From: Ruditapes philippinarum
Taxonomy: Eukaryota
Reading direction: 5' to 3'
Assembly (NCBI RefSeq): GCF_026571515.1
Contig: NW_026859477.1
Span: 1 to 64,000, forward strand
DNA: 64,000 bases
Shown: positions 1-14,066 of the stretch, piece by piece
Numbering within the stretch: the stretch's first letter is position 1
How the letters are laid out: the number at the start of each line of letters is the position of its first letter
Notes under the pieces: generated by a model
What the model was told of the DNA's origin: nothing
What the model saw: only the letters and a program-made list of their open reading frames with translations
Database searches by the model: none
Made by a program: the position numbers and the translations under genes

Positions 1-100
1 TCCACTGTCTGTGAAAGTCCATATATCGATGTATCGCGACGTCAATATTTGTCTCTCGATATATATCAATAACAAAATTTTCTCATCAATGACAGCCCTA
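1..100. mobile_element. Right end of a non-autonomous hAT-like DNA transposon, truncated by the window
   Basis: Ends in TCAATGACAGCCCTA, matching the terminal inverted repeat of the element at 23508-24944; similar ATCGAT-rich subterminal sequence. Confidence 0.6.
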
Positions 101-270
101 TTAAAAGTGTATATTATGCATAATACTAATGTCTCCCTGGATTAGAAAATTCCCCATGAATGCTTGGTGTATATTATGTTAAATTCTCAATTTGAGTGCA
201 TGCTATGCATTTTTCCCAATTTGTTTGGTACCAGGCACGATTAACAAAGTAGGGGGGAAAATGCTGACAC

Positions 271-670
271 TGGGACCAGTGACTTTTCATAGCAATCAGT
301 GACTGCTAAGTAGCAATCTATGACTTTACAAAGCAACCAATGACTCCCATAGCAACCATTTACTTTCCATAGCAACTAGTGATATTTCATACTAACTGGA
401 GACTGCCATAGCAACCATGACTTTCCATGATGAAATTGACTTCCCTTAATAAACAGTAATTTCCATAACAACCCTTGAAATACATTTCTCAAGAACATGT
501 ACCTATTATTTCTACCAGCATCAACTTAGTCCTTAGTAACCAGTGGTATCCATAGCAACTAGTGACTTATTTTCCAAAGCAACCTTTATCTTTCAATAGC
601 AACTGTTGGCTTTCTTTTCTTTTCATATCAGTTACAGACTTCATAAGAACCAGTGACTTCCATAGCAAAA
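271..670. repeat. Degenerate ~20-bp minisatellite (GACTTTCCATAGCAACCAGT-like)
   Basis: Recurrent CATAGCAAC motif; resumes at ~1879-1916 after the inserted element. Confidence 0.75.
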
Positions 671-1878
671 TTTTATTAGTCCCCTACCGGTTTACCGGAG
701 GGGACTTTAGGTTTACCCTCCGTCCGTCAGTCCGTCCGTCTGTCCGTCCGTCAGTCCGTCCGTCCACAAAACTGGATCCCGCGTTAACGCAAAAAATACT
801 GAAGATATTTTAATGAAACTTGATATATGGATAGATGGCAGTATGGAGATTATGCACGTCTTTTTCTTTTCTTCCTATGTTGAAAATTCTGGTTGCTATG
901 GCAACAAATAGACTGAAAATATGGCAAATTTTACACATAACCTGGATCCCGCGATAACGCAAAAAGTACTGAAAATATTTTTATGAAACTTGATATATGG
1001 ATAGATGGCAGTATGGAGATTATGCACGTTTTTTTCTTTTCTTCCTATGTTGAAAATTCTGGTTGCTATGGCAACAAATAGACTGAAAATATGGCAAATT
1101 TTACACATAACCTGGATCCAGTGATAACACAAAAAGTACTGAAAATATTTTTATGAAACTTGACATATGGGTAGATGGCAGTATGGAAATTATGCACATC
1201 CTTTTTTATCTTCCTATGTTGAAAATTCTGGTTGCTATGGCAACAAATGGACTGAATTTCAAGATTTCTGATTCTAGTTTTTAAGTTTTTTCACTATAAG
1301 TTCTTTATTTCTTAAGGTATTTTCTATAAACTTTAAATATAAGTTGCTTGTCATCAACCACATCATATGTGACAAGGTTTACAACTCTAGCACAAAATTT
1401 ATCAGAATTACCTCCCTTGAACTTAAAATTTTCATGAAAAAAACATTGTTTTTTTTAATAACTTCTTTTTCTGAATGTATCTTCTTCAAACTTCATATAA
1501 ATGTTTCTTATTGTCACTCAACATTTGTGAGTGTTCAATACTCGAGCAAGACTATTTCCAGAATTATGCCCCTTTTGAACTTAGACTTTTTTTTGAGAAA
1601 TTGGTAATTTTTACTCCAACTTCTTCAATCATGATAGGATTTTTAAAATGTTATATTTTGATAACAGGGATGTTTAAAAAATAACTTTAGAGTGTCCTTC
1701 AGTCCGTCTGTCTGTACATAAAAACTGTTTCCTGTGATCATTTTTAAAGAACTTTTTCAACAAATTTACTTAAAATAGGAACCTAAGTGAATGGCCAATG
1801 GCCCTTCAGAATGTTGCTTGGGCTCTTACCGGTAGGGGACTTATGGATTGCTTGCAATACTATGATAATTGCTTGTTT
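671..1878 (+). mobile_element. Helentron-associated non-autonomous element (HINE/DINE-like) with internal tandem array
   Basis: T-rich ends; subterminal inverted repeat AGTCCCCTACCGG ... CCGGTAGGGGACT; (CCGT)n microsatellite at ~720-765; three ~170-bp units starting at 772, 942 and 1111. Confidence 0.75.
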
Positions 1879-2170
1879 TCTATAGCAACCAGTACCATTG
1901 ACTTTCATAGCAACCTGCTGGTCAGCCGGAATCGTAGCCACTGCAGCATTTACTACCAGTAAAGAGCCAGGCTTTATTGTTAGCTAACAAAATTGATAAT
2001 GGAAGTTTTATAAATGAAAGCTAGACAAAGTCTATTTCAGAAATTTAGCAGGTTTAGCATTTATCTGTATTTATTTACTCTTATTATTTTCCTAAAATGT
2101 AAATACTATAACACAATTGAATTAGTTTGTAATGGTACAACAGTTAAAAAATAGTTGCTTAAAATTTCAG

Positions 2171-3450
2171 GGTCCAATCCTGTAAACTGTCAGCCAAGCA
2201 AAATAGATGTGATGGAGGAGACAAGTGATAACAAACTAATCAAAAGAAGAAATGTAAGTGAATTGACTATCAAGTACAAAGTTGTTGTAGTGTTTAAGGG
2301 ATTTTAGGGTTTTAACTTCTGCATGAATGATAGGATTTCAAAATGAATTGGTTAATGCAGCCACCATTAGTAGATGATGTTTTGCGTGCTGTACTTAAGT
2401 CCCTCGGTCAAAGTCATAGCAGTGATGCATTATGTCAGGCATGAGCAGGTACCTGAGTAGATAAACCAACATTCTGTAAGCTTGTTTGATTTATGTAGTT
2501 TCCTCACATGAAAGTACACAGAGTCATCAGTGGTATTCAAACTCAGAGCAGTGAGTTGCAAGTGATTTGAAGTCAATTTATCTATGCCAAGCACACCCCA
2601 TTGTCTGCTTATCTGAACTCTGTTCTTTGAATTGAATATACATCAAATATCTGATATTGGTTGAGACAGTATTGTTCCAGTTACTACAGCATTCCTTTGG
2701 ACCACATTAAATATGCATTTGTTAATTGTTATAATGTAAATATTAACCACATTTCAGGTCATATCTTGGATAAAAATGGTTACCTTCAACAACTAGATAT
2801 ATTGGTCACAGTTAAATTAAGTAAGTACTTGTACAATATCTACAAAATGTGCTAAAATGATACTTTAGACAGTACTTTACCAAATACAATTCTCTTTGCC
2901 TGTTTTGTTCATCAACCATGTGAAACTCTATAGTCATCACAGTCCTCTTGTCTTGAGGAAATTTAAGGATCAATTACTCTTTTATATATCACCTCTAAAG
3001 AGAGCATATATTTTGTTAAGTAAAAATAGCTTGGGTCTATAAAGAAATTTGTCAATGATTCCTGTCCTTAACCTCTCACTTACACAAAAAATAATGATGC
3101 AATAAAATTTTTTTATATGGACTATAATTAATATGCAATTGTAGATATAAATAATTAATAATCTTAAGTTTAGTTAGAAAATTTGTTTGAATAATTTGGC
3201 CTCTAAATAAATGTCTGTCTTTTAAAGGCCATGCATATCTTATTCAGAATTTAAATTTATTTAAGAATTATCATATGAAGTACTTTATTTATTAAATTTT
3301 GAAATATAAATAAGGTAAAATAGTTTTTTTGTTTATTTTCAGATATTGTTGTCAAGAAGATTTTCCCTATTCATCGTAGAGGAGCAGAAACATGTTTGGA
3401 TGGAACATGTGCTTAAACCTTGCTTAAGTTTTGTTGAAACTTTCATTTGA
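2171..3450 (+). other. Two putative terminal exons (2171-2253 and 3343-3450) of an unidentified upstream transcript
   Basis: TTTCAG|GGTCC...AAT|GTAAGT and TTTTCAG|ATATTG; phase-0 splicing gives ...SNPVNCQPSKIDVMEETSDNKLIKRRN-ILLSRRFSLF...FI*. No recognisable domain; may be non-coding. Confidence 0.3.
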
Positions 3451-3756
3451 TATACTGAAGATGGTTGTTGAATATTGTTTGTTAACAATATCTATATGGC
3501 TATATGGCTGTAAAGAGAGATGTTGAAAGGTGCAATTTTAGTGCAAAAATGTGCATGTTTAACAACATGTTGAATGAACAAACATTATAATGCAGTAAAA
3601 CACTAGGAATCATTATGTTTTCAAAACTTTATAACAACTTAGTAAATGTGTCGGAATGTCCATATATCCATCCACCAAAAGGAGGTATCTACATGTTAGT
3701 GAAACTTAATACATTATAGATGGATAAATCTCATTGGGGAGAAATGATGTGTTGAA

Positions 3757-4503
3757 TTTTAATATGCCCGAAACAATTTCGGGCATATTATGTTATACCC
3801 CCTGGCATCTGTTCCTCCGTACGAACCCAGAGGTACTTGTGTGACTGGGTAACAGTATATAAATAACACATGGGTTTGTTGGTAACAGTAAAAATATCAT
3901 CCCGAGGAAAATACTGTTACCCGAGGATGATTGTCCATATTATTATTAGGTAGAAGACACCTATTGATTTTGAGGTCACAAGATCAAAGGTCAAGAACTG
4001 AAAACAGTTTCCGGAGCATAACTTAAGTTCCATTTGGCCCACAGTGTTCAAACTTCATAGGATGATTGTCTATATTGGGTAGAAAATCCCTATTGATTTT
4101 GGGGTCACAAGGTCAAAGGTCAAGGTCATTATTACTTTAAAACTGAAAACAGTTTCCGGAACATAACTTAAGTTTCATTTGGCCCACAATATAAAAACTT
4201 CACAGGATGATTGTCCATATTGGGTAGAAGACCCCTATTGATTTTGGGGTCACAAGGTCAGAGGTCAAGATCATTATTACTTTAAAACTGAAAACAGTTT
4301 CCGGAACATGACTTAAGTTCCATTTGGCCCACAGTATTTAAACTTTATAGGATGATTGGCCATATTGGGTAGAACACCACTATTGATTTTGGGATCACAA
4401 GGTCAGAGGTCAAGGTCACTATTACTTTAAAAGTGAAAACAGTTTCCGGAGAATAACTTAAGTTCCATTTGGCCCACATTTGGCCTAGCGGTGCTCTTGT
4501 TAG
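3757..4503 (+). mobile_element. HINE-like element with 145-bp tandem units
   Basis: 5' hairpin AATATGCCCGAAA-CAA-TTTCGGGCATATT; AAAACAGTTTCCGGA recurs every 145 bp (units at ~3996, 4141, 4286, 4431); ends CTCTTGTT. Confidence 0.7.
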
Positions 4504-5103
4504 TTTTCAGCTCAATTTTTTTTAAGAATAAAAGAGTGTGAGCTATTGCTATGTACAGTCATGCCTTACTTTCTTGTTGTCATCCTAAAACTTTAACATT
4601 GGCAATTATTTCATTACAAAATGGATTCAATTTTCTTCACAACAACCCTTTTGACAAGACCTTCAAGTAGACCAGACATTTTTACCTCATTCATCATCAA
4701 ATTTTGTCACGATGCTTGTCTATGTAATTGCTTATATATAAAACTAGGTCACAGGAGCTAAAAATAGAAAAATCTTGTTAACACTCTAATGGCTACTGTT
4801 TTCATCCAAATATCCTGGACTGAAAGTTTGTTATGATGATTTTTATGTCAAATTTGAATATGTGTCACCTGGGGTCAAAAACTAGGTCACACTGCTCAAA
4901 TATGGAAAATCCTTGTTAACACTCTAGTGGTCACATGTTTGACTCACCTGTCATGAAACTTGGTCAGGATGCTTGTCTAGGTAATTGCTCGGATGAGTTC
5001 GAACATGTGTCATCTCAGATGAAATACTAGGTCACAGGAGTTTAATATAATATGGGTTTGATGGGTCAGGTGAGCGATCTAGGGTCATTTTGGCCCTCTT
5101 GTT
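4504..5103 (+). mobile_element. Degenerate HINE/Pearl-like element
   Basis: 3' end CAGGTGAGCGAT...GGCCCTCTTGT; internal AAAACTAGGTCAC units shared with the minus-strand copy at 52386-53208. Confidence 0.65.
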
Positions 5104-5258
5104 GGCTGTAACTTTGTAAGTAATCAATGGAGTATTTTAAACTTAGACAAAACAACCATTTGGACAAGACATGCTGAAAGATTGAACAGACCTTGACCCT
5201 GAGCTTTAAATCACATTGACTGTCAAGTTCAAATTATTGAATTTTGGTTAAGTTGTCA

Positions 5259-7520
5259 TGAGGGAATGGTTCCCTCTTGCCAGTAACATGGCTCTAAATT
5301 TCTATATTACTGCATTTTATTCTATCAAATTGTTATACATGTATCTGTTTTGTTAAGGGGAACGGTTCCACTTTAGAAAGTTTGTTATAGATAAGTTTTG
5401 AAATTTATTTTTTATTTTGAGGAGGGAATGGTTCCCTCTTACTGGTAACCTGGCTCTAAATTTCAAAATTATTGCATTTTATTCTATCAAATTGTTATAT
5501 CTATTTTGTTAAGGGGGAACGGTTCCACTTTAGAAAATGTGTCGTAGATAAGTTTTGAAATTTATTTTTTATTTCGATGAGTGAACGGTTCCCTCTTACC
5601 ATTTACATGGCTCTCAATTTCTAAATTATTGCATTAATTGTTATATCTGTTTTGTTAAGGGGGAACGGTTCCACTCTAGAAAAAGTGTTACAGATAAGTT
5701 TTGATATTTATTTTTTATTTCGATGAGGGAACGGTTCCCTCTTACCTGTTATATCTATTTTGTTAAGGGGGAACGGTTCCACTTTAGAAAATGTGTCGTA
5801 GATAAGTTTTGAAATTTGTCTTTTATTTCGATGAGTGAACGGTTCCCTCTTACTTGTAACCTTGTTCGTAATTTATAAATTATTGCATTTTATTCTATCA
5901 AATTGTTATATATTTTAAGGGGGAACGGTTCCACTCTAGAAAATGTGTCATAGATAAGTTTTGAAATTTATTTTTTATTTCAATGAGGGAACGGTTCCCT
6001 CTTACCGGTAACATGGCTCTCAATTTCTATATTACTGTATTTCATTCTATCAAATTGTTATACATGTACCAGTTTTGTTAAGGGGGAATGGTTCCACTTT
6101 AGAAAATTTGTTATAGATAAGTTTAGAAATTTATTTTTTATTTCAATGAGGGAACGGTTCCCTCTTACCGGTAACATGGCTCTCAATTTCTAAATTATTG
6201 CATTTTATTCTATCAAATTGTTATAGGGGGAATGGTTCCACTTTACAAAATGTATCATAGATAAGTTTTGAAATTTATTTTTTATTTCAATGAGGGAACG
6301 GTTCCCTCTTACCGGTAACATGGCTCTCAATTTCTATATATATTACTGCATTTCATTCTATCAAATTGTTATACATGTTCCAGTTTTGTTAAGGGGGAAC
6401 GGTTCCACTTTAGAAAATTTGTTATGGATCAGTTTTGAAATTTATTTTTTATTTTGAGGAGGGAACGGTTCCCTCTTACCATTTACATGGCTCTAAATTT
6501 CTAAATTATTGCATTTTATTCTATCAAATTGTTATATCTATTTTGTTAAGGGGGAATGGTTCCACTTTAGAAAATGTATCATAGATAAGTTTTGAAATTT
6601 ATTTTTTTATTTTGATGAGGGAACGGTTCCCTCTTACGGGTAACCTTGCTCTAAATTTCTAAATTATTGCATTTTATTCTATCAAATTGTTATATCTATT
6701 TTGTTAAGGGGGAACGGTTCCACTTTAGAAAAAGTGTTACAGATAAGTTTTGAAATTTATTTGTTATTTTGATGAGGGAACGGTTCCCTCTTACTGGTAA
6801 CCTGGCTCAAATTCTAAATTATTGCATTTTATTCTATCAAATTGTTATATCTATTTTGTTATGGGGGAACGGTTCCACTTTAGAAAATGTGTCGTAGATA
6901 AGTTTTGAAAATTGTCTTTTATTTCGATGAGGGAACGGTTCCCTCTTACTTGTAACCTTGTTCGTAATTTCTAAATGATGGCATTTTATTCTATCAAATT
7001 GTTATATATATTTTAAGGGGGAACGGTTCCACTCTAGAAAATGTGTCATAGATAAGTTTTGAAATTTATTTTTTATTTCGATGAGGGAACAGTTCCCTCT
7101 TACCGGTAACATGGCTTTAAATTTCTATATTACTGCATTTCATTCTATCAAATTGTTATACATGTACCAGTTTTGTTAAGGGGAAAGGTTCCACTTTAAA
7201 AAATTTGTTATAGATCAGTTTTGAAATTTATTTTTTATTTTGAGGAGGGAACGGTTCCCTCTTACCATTTACATGGCTCTAAATTTCTAAATTATTGCAT
7301 TTTATTCTATCAAATTGTTATATCTATTTTGTTAAGGGGGAACGGTTCCCCTTTAGAAAATATGTTATGATAAGTTTTGAAATTTACTTTTTATTTCGAT
7401 GAGGGAATGGTTCCCCCTTAAGCATAATGTATCTCTTATTACTGAAAAATTGCTTTTTATTTATCAAAACATGTTGTATTCTGTACATGGCTTTTGTTCT
7501 ACGGGGGAACGGTTCCCCCG
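5259..7520. repeat. ~160-bp satellite array (~14 units) with two palindromic motifs per unit
   Basis: GAGGGAACGGTTCCCTC at e.g. 5985, 6148, 6292, 6459, 6617, alternating with GGGGGAACGGTTCCAC. Confidence 0.92.
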
Positions 7521-10500
7521 AAAACATTTGCAAAAGAAACAAAAAATAAAATTTGGATGTTTACTTTAGCTGTTTGTCTTTTACTTTTCACAAAACAATA
7601 CCATTACTTTAGCTGAAAATAATGTAAAAATAGTGCCTTAAAAAGGGGAACGAGTGTATTTCCCCTTTTTAAAATATATCGAGTTTTACATGTTATCAAG
7701 AAATATAAAACGTAAAATGTCATTCCCGATACCTTGAAAAATCTGCCATTTTGTCAATACAGCATCACGTGACTAGAATCTTAACAAACTATTGGTTCAG
7801 AAGTTACGATATTATGGACTGTATTTTTATCACAATTTTTGGACTTACAGCACTCTGACCCATTCAATATATTGTTACAGGCATGAACCAGAGTGATGTT
7901 GTTCTTACCATTAGATAGAGCAAAAAATTACGAACATTTTGATACCAAACACTCATTTTTTTCAAAATTGGAGTTACGACACTCTGGAATTAGGGCGACG
8001 TGTTGTTTAAATGTTTTTATAACTTTAGTAAACCTGTGTTAATTATATCTTCAGTCATTATATAAGTACAATGTATAGCAGTAATGATTTACGATATAAA
8101 CAAATATAATTGCCCAACAATATTGTTCTTAAAGAATCAGTATTAAATTGATAAATTACCATGTAAAAATAAGTTAAATATATTATATAAGAACATAATT
8201 ATTTTAAACAACATATGTTCATTTATATTCAATACTATACCGTTTTAAGAGTGCTTCCATTTTGGCGATTTATGAAGTACTGGCGCACGTCTTGGTCGAC
8301 AAGAGACATGTTTACTTGAATTGCGGCTTGCCTGTCAAAGAAAAAGAAATAAATAAATTCAAATTTCAATGAATTCAAAATTCGTATGTTATGGAAAGCA
8401 TTTGATTGAAGCTATTGCAGTATAGTCTTTAACAGATATCCTCTTTTGTAAAGAAAACTATAAATAAAAATATTAACATCTCTATCAAAACCTAATAAAC
8501 ACGTGATTATTCCCTTTTACAACCATTCAAAACTAAACGTTTCAGTTGCATTTATAGTGAATCTTTTATAAAAACGATTGAAAGGAGATTAACCTTATCT
8601 AGTAGGACAACTGAAGTGATTTTATGGTAGATCAGACCACGTTTATAGTAAACCGTCCCTGTTCAATGATCAGATGCCATTTGACAAAGATATAGAAGGA
8701 GTCAATGCGTCACTAGCGCAAAGATCGTGAGAACCGCAGGGGCGTATACAATAAATCTGCTAACGAATCGTTGAACTTATTACTTACGATAGTGATATGT
8801 CTATCCACGAAAAGATTAATTTCTAATATTTCTTTTTCGTGTTTCAGAGTGATATATAGCTAACCCAACGATTTTTTTTCTCACTTACCTGGTACAAAGG
8901 AAACTAATTAAAGCTTGCAATGAAATAGTTGTGAAACTTCTTTAAACGCACACTGAAATTATTTGCCAGATCACAAGCATGCGGGGCGGGATATGGGTGA
9001 TTGACGTACGTTTCACAGCTAAAAACAAGAATTTTATCATTTGAAAAGAATTTCTATAGATTCAGTCAATATGACCAAAAAAATCGATAAAAATGAATTC
9101 AAGTGAAATTCATTACTCAGAAACATTTTATCGTTACAAAAACATAAATGTTTACTCGTAACAAGTGTCAAATATTAGTGTTTACAGATAATTCAGTCTA
9201 CTGATGACAAAAAGCATTTTACCATTTGAAATGATCCAAATTATTGATCAAAATATGAAGGGTACGTGAGTCCCTAGCACAAAGTTACGGCTTGAAATGT
9301 AATCCATTTGCTTGGCACCAACAGCTGTCATTCTTGCTTCCTCTTTTTCATATGATTGCCTCGTGTAATTGTGCATATAGGATCTCAATGGCCGTCGTAC
9401 AATGACATTCTTTTGGCTCAAACTCATATATTTGGCTAATACTCAGTTGAAATTGCGCGGAGATAAATTATCACCACTTAAATTGTTTTTCAAAAATAAC
9501 CTTTTAAAGCTATGTTTGGTGACATGTCCAAGGTTCGTACTCGACAGCGAAAGCTCATTTTTCTGCATTAACGTGGGTGAACCCTCATTAAATATAAACT
9601 ACATACACACAAAGGAATGGCGAGACTTATCGGTGGTCCTATATGTTACTGGGTAATGTTGAGGTTGTATTCATTGAAGGCCGCCCTTCCTTGTTGATGT
9701 CAATACGCAATATATATTTGCGCCTTATATATAGTATTTATCATATCTGTTAAGATTGAAGTACTAGCTGTCGTTCTAACCGATTAATACACTAATACGC
9801 TATAGTTGTATGAAAGACTAGTGGACCTTTATACTGAGACTTTCGTCAGCAAGCCTCTATTGATGAAAAGTATATTAAGTATATTAACAGTTTAGTGTAA
9901 ATGTTCGCTGAGTATTAATTTAAATTAAAACTTGGTCTCTTACGATTTGGACATAACCCCGGTCATTTTGGCGCCATACTTAAACCACGGCATTGACCTG
10001 GCAGTGCGGGACGGATAAACGGTAAACTCAACGTGAATTCCATATCCTTTCCAAGAGGATGGGTGGACTACATAGTTAAACTTCATTATTGTATAAGTAA
10101 CATTTTTACAATTTCCCAGAATTATTGCTGCAGTAGTAGTGATCGAGAAAGTTGGTTTATACGCAAATCATAAGTAAACCCGACGTGCAAATGCAGTGTA
10201 AAGTTTCGGAAACGGTACTTATTGGTGTATGTATATATAGCTCAACCAAAGAATTAATATAATCGACTTACTCAATCAAACCGAGTCTGCAATTTTCATG
10301 TAATTTTGCTCTTTAGTTTAATCATATTTTAATGTTTAGTTTGTACATGATTATTTTACAAAATCTAAAATAATTATCTTAATTCTAAATATAATGTTGT
10401 ACCAGAAACTTAGATATGTTATCTATGTCTCTGAATGTACACACAAAAGGGTTAATTTGACCAAATGTCATACCAACATTATCTAGGGTCCTCCCCTAAA

Positions 10501-11615
10501 GGTCTATCTTTTTGGCTTAATGGTTGCATAGTAGGTGTGGTTTTTAGAAATTCTGAGAAATTTATATGATAAGCGATATAAGTTTCATATATATTTCTAA
10601 CTGGTAAAATAGAGATCGCTTAACCTAATAAAAAAATGACTTAATGAGATAAATGAAAATATATATATAATTTAAACGCAGCGACCCTTGATTTGATGCA
10701 GTTTTATAATAAACAAATAATAAAAATAAATATAGTACATGTATAAGCATACTTAGATAAACCTTCTACTTCTTTTGATGTGGTTGTGATTAATGCTTCC
10801 AAGGGATCATTTTGTTGTTCAGTAGTATAAAGCATCTCATCTTCTCTATAACATTCTTGTTATTTTGTGTCCATGTAAGTCACAAGTGTTACAGATTTGC
10901 TACTTTTATGACAAGTTACATTCATTGCGGCCACAGAGCTATATTTATAAATAAATCTATGATGCTAGCTGTTTTCCACAAGTTCCCACCATATTTAGAT
11001 GTATATAGATTCTGTATAACAAACAGGAGATATAAAATCGCATTCATTTCCGTGTGTTAATAATATACTTGTTTGTGAGGAAAATGTATCAAAAATTTCC
11101 TAATTGAAATATTTTAGCCTCCATTATCTATTTAAAGTTATTTTCGCGTAAAAAAGTCCTTTCGTATAATAAATACCGGAAACGAATCCGGACGGGATAA
11201 AGATAGTCCTTTAACCGGAAGGTCACGGACATTTTTGTGAGACCACGAAAACAAGGAAGACAAAAACAATGAATATTCTTCATTTGTTATATGTATTTTA
11301 CTCTCAGCCAATACTCAACTTGGTAATAGCATTTAGATAATATTCAAGATTTTTTGCTTTTAATCTATTTACCGTTTTAGTTTGTTACTGTCAATACAGT
11401 AAATAACCTAGCTCAGCTACTAGCTGCAAAAACTTTGTAAGCGAATTTTTGATTTTTTTGTTTTCCATCTGATGTGGCAGTTAAGTTTGTGATCAGACCG
11501 GCGGTTCCGTCACTAATTCTAATGAGAATAACATATGTTGATTTAAGCCTAACCTTATTTTTTAAATTAAGCTATTCCAGAAAATATCCGCACCCCCCAT
11601 AATACCTATGGAAGG

Positions 11616-13373
11616 CACAGGGACCCAGCACAGTGTTGGGATAGTGTAAAAAAGTAATTTTAAAAAATATATATATTGTATGTATAATATATAGACAAGG
11701 GGTTGAACTCGCCAAATCGGCCGAATGCCCCTAGTCCAGTATAAGTCAAAATTGCAAAGCCATTCTTGCGTAAATTATAGAGTGGGTGGACCAACGCTCG
11801 GCGTAAAAATACTATATTTGATATGACAAATTCAAATCAACGTCAACAAACCTCAATGTTATATGCCCATTTTCAAGACCGATGATATTGTTTTAAATAG
11901 CAATTGTGTAAAATTCGCTAATCACATAATGATGTGCATGGCTGGAGCTATAGATAGTCCGGATAAAACAAGAGTGGTTTGCGTGAAATTTGTACCATAA
12001 GCTCGGCGTACAATACTTACATTATGCAGGATTGTTTTTCGAATAAAATCTCTTTTTTATATTATGCAGAAAACATATTGAATAAATTGTAACAACCAAA
12101 TTAGGTTCATACATTTACAAGTACCCAACTTTTAGTTTAAATTTTACAGCCCCAGAACTCTAGTGTTAAAAGATTTTTAATAATTTATTTCATGGGGATT
12201 ACATACGGTTGTTCGTCTGCTATAAGCATTGTCGCGTGACTTTACCAGCAGTGAACCACACCAGGATAAATTGGTGAAAGATGTAAATAAAAGCACCAGT
12301 GACCTAAATCGGAGATAACTCATGACATTTTCATATATTCTAAAAAAAATATTTTTTTACGCCGAGCATTGGTATGCGCCGAGCATTGGTCCAACCACTC
12401 TATAAAGCTATATATCAAATTGCAGCTAAATGACATCACTAGACGTTGACAATTACATTACTGTCCCCACTTTAACCGTTTTTGAACAACAAACCCATAT
12501 TTCGGATGAAACATCATATTTTTGCTAGGGCGGACACAACTGTGCAACCTGTCAACACTCGATTTTCTACGTGTAAAAACGCAATTCCAGACCATGTCAT
12601 TATACCAACCCGCAATAAATCGATAAAACAAAACAAAATAAACAACTTACCGCTGGAAATTGTTCCAAAACCAATCAATTATAGCAAACATTCATTTCTT
12701 TTTATTTTTCTTCCGTCAAAATATTTTTTGAAGCCATGATACATACTCGGCAACAGTTGTTAGACATCGTTTGATTGGACGATTCTGTGACCCAGCAATG
12801 CTTTGTATTTTAATCAACCAATGAAATAATCCGTTTCAAATTGGTCACGTGATAGCCAATGGATGCTGATTACAACTTTCATTTTCACATTCAGGAATAA
12901 ATTGTTGCATAGTAGGTGTGGTTTTTGGCTATAAAACATTTTAAAAATCAACTTCCGGCGGTTAGTTGTTTCTTTTGTTTTGTATTATCGATTTATTGCG
13001 GGTTGATATAATGTCATGGTTTGGAATTGCATTTTTACATGTAGAAAATCAAGTGGGGACAGGTTGCACGGTTGTGTCAGACCTAGCAAAAATACGATGT
13101 GTCATCCGAAATATCGGTTTGTTGTTCAAAAACGGTTTAAGTTGGGACAGTAATGTTATTGTCATCGTCTAGTGATGTCATTTAGCTGCAATTTGATATA
13201 TAGCTTTATATGATTTACGCAAGAATGACTTTGCAATTTTGACTTATACTGGACTAGGGGCGTTCGGCCGATTTGGCGAGTTCAACCCCTTGTCTATATA
13301 TTATATATAAAGTATAAATTTTTTCTAGAATTACTTTTTTTACACTATCCCAACACTGTGCCGGGTCCCTTTG
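11616..13373. mobile_element. Foldback DNA transposon with ~430-bp TIRs (P-element- or hAT-like, non-autonomous)
   Basis: CACAGGGACCC ... GGGTCCCTTTG termini; 8-bp TSD ATGGAAGG (11608-11615, 13374-13381); left arm 11616-11779 + 12401-12663 is the reverse complement of ~12950-13373. Confidence 0.88.
11780..12400. mobile_element. MITE nested in the left TIR of the foldback element (TA TSD, Tc1/mariner-like)
   Basis: TIR GAGTGGGTGGACCAACGCTCGGCG ... CGCCGAGCATTGGTCCAACCACTC; the intact right TIR shows the empty site, implying a 2-bp TA duplication. Confidence 0.82.
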
Positions 13374-13436
13374 ATGGAAGGCAAACAGATCATCGTTTTT
13401 ATTAGTTCTGACTTCCACAAGTTAACTTAAGGTAAA

Positions 13437-14066
13437 GGGTCAACTCAGCCCTATACCAACTCGGCACGGGTCAATTCTGCACAGGTCATTTCGGCCCTCT
13501 ATTAAAAACCTACAATGTATTAGCATGCACATTGTTTAGATTGTTTTGTTTATAGTAAATTAATAAGTATTCAGAGGAATGATCACTATCAAACAGAAAT
13601 TGAAAAAGTTGGCAGTGCACATGTACGTATTATTTGAAATTATCTTTGTTAAGAAGGAATATTAAGACAATAAATGTTAAATAGATCTGAAAACTGAATT
13701 TTAATGACAATAAATGTAATTGTATTTAACACTGCTTTTTCTTTACGGACCAATGCTGTATGAGCGATATATTGTACAAAAACATCTCAAGTGGACAAAA
13801 CATGCATATATAAATTGTAAATTCTTCCCATCTCTACAAATTTTCATACAAATTGGTACTTTCATCTTTTAAACTTTTCAATAACATTGAGTAGAGGTCT
13901 GTTACTGTGAAAATGTTAAACAATGAAAGTTATGATGAAAACATAGAAAAAGTAATAAAAGTAATCATTACCAGTTACATATCATTATGGGCCAAGTTGA
14001 CCCGTGAAATAGGGCCAAGCTGACTCGGGGGCTGAGTACGTTTAAGGGATAAGCTGACCCTGATTC
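13437..14066. mobile_element. Degenerate MITE with short subterminal repeats
   Basis: GGGTCAACTCGGC-like repeats at the left end and inverted GCCAAGTTGACCC-like repeats at the right end around an AT-rich core. Confidence 0.55.
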
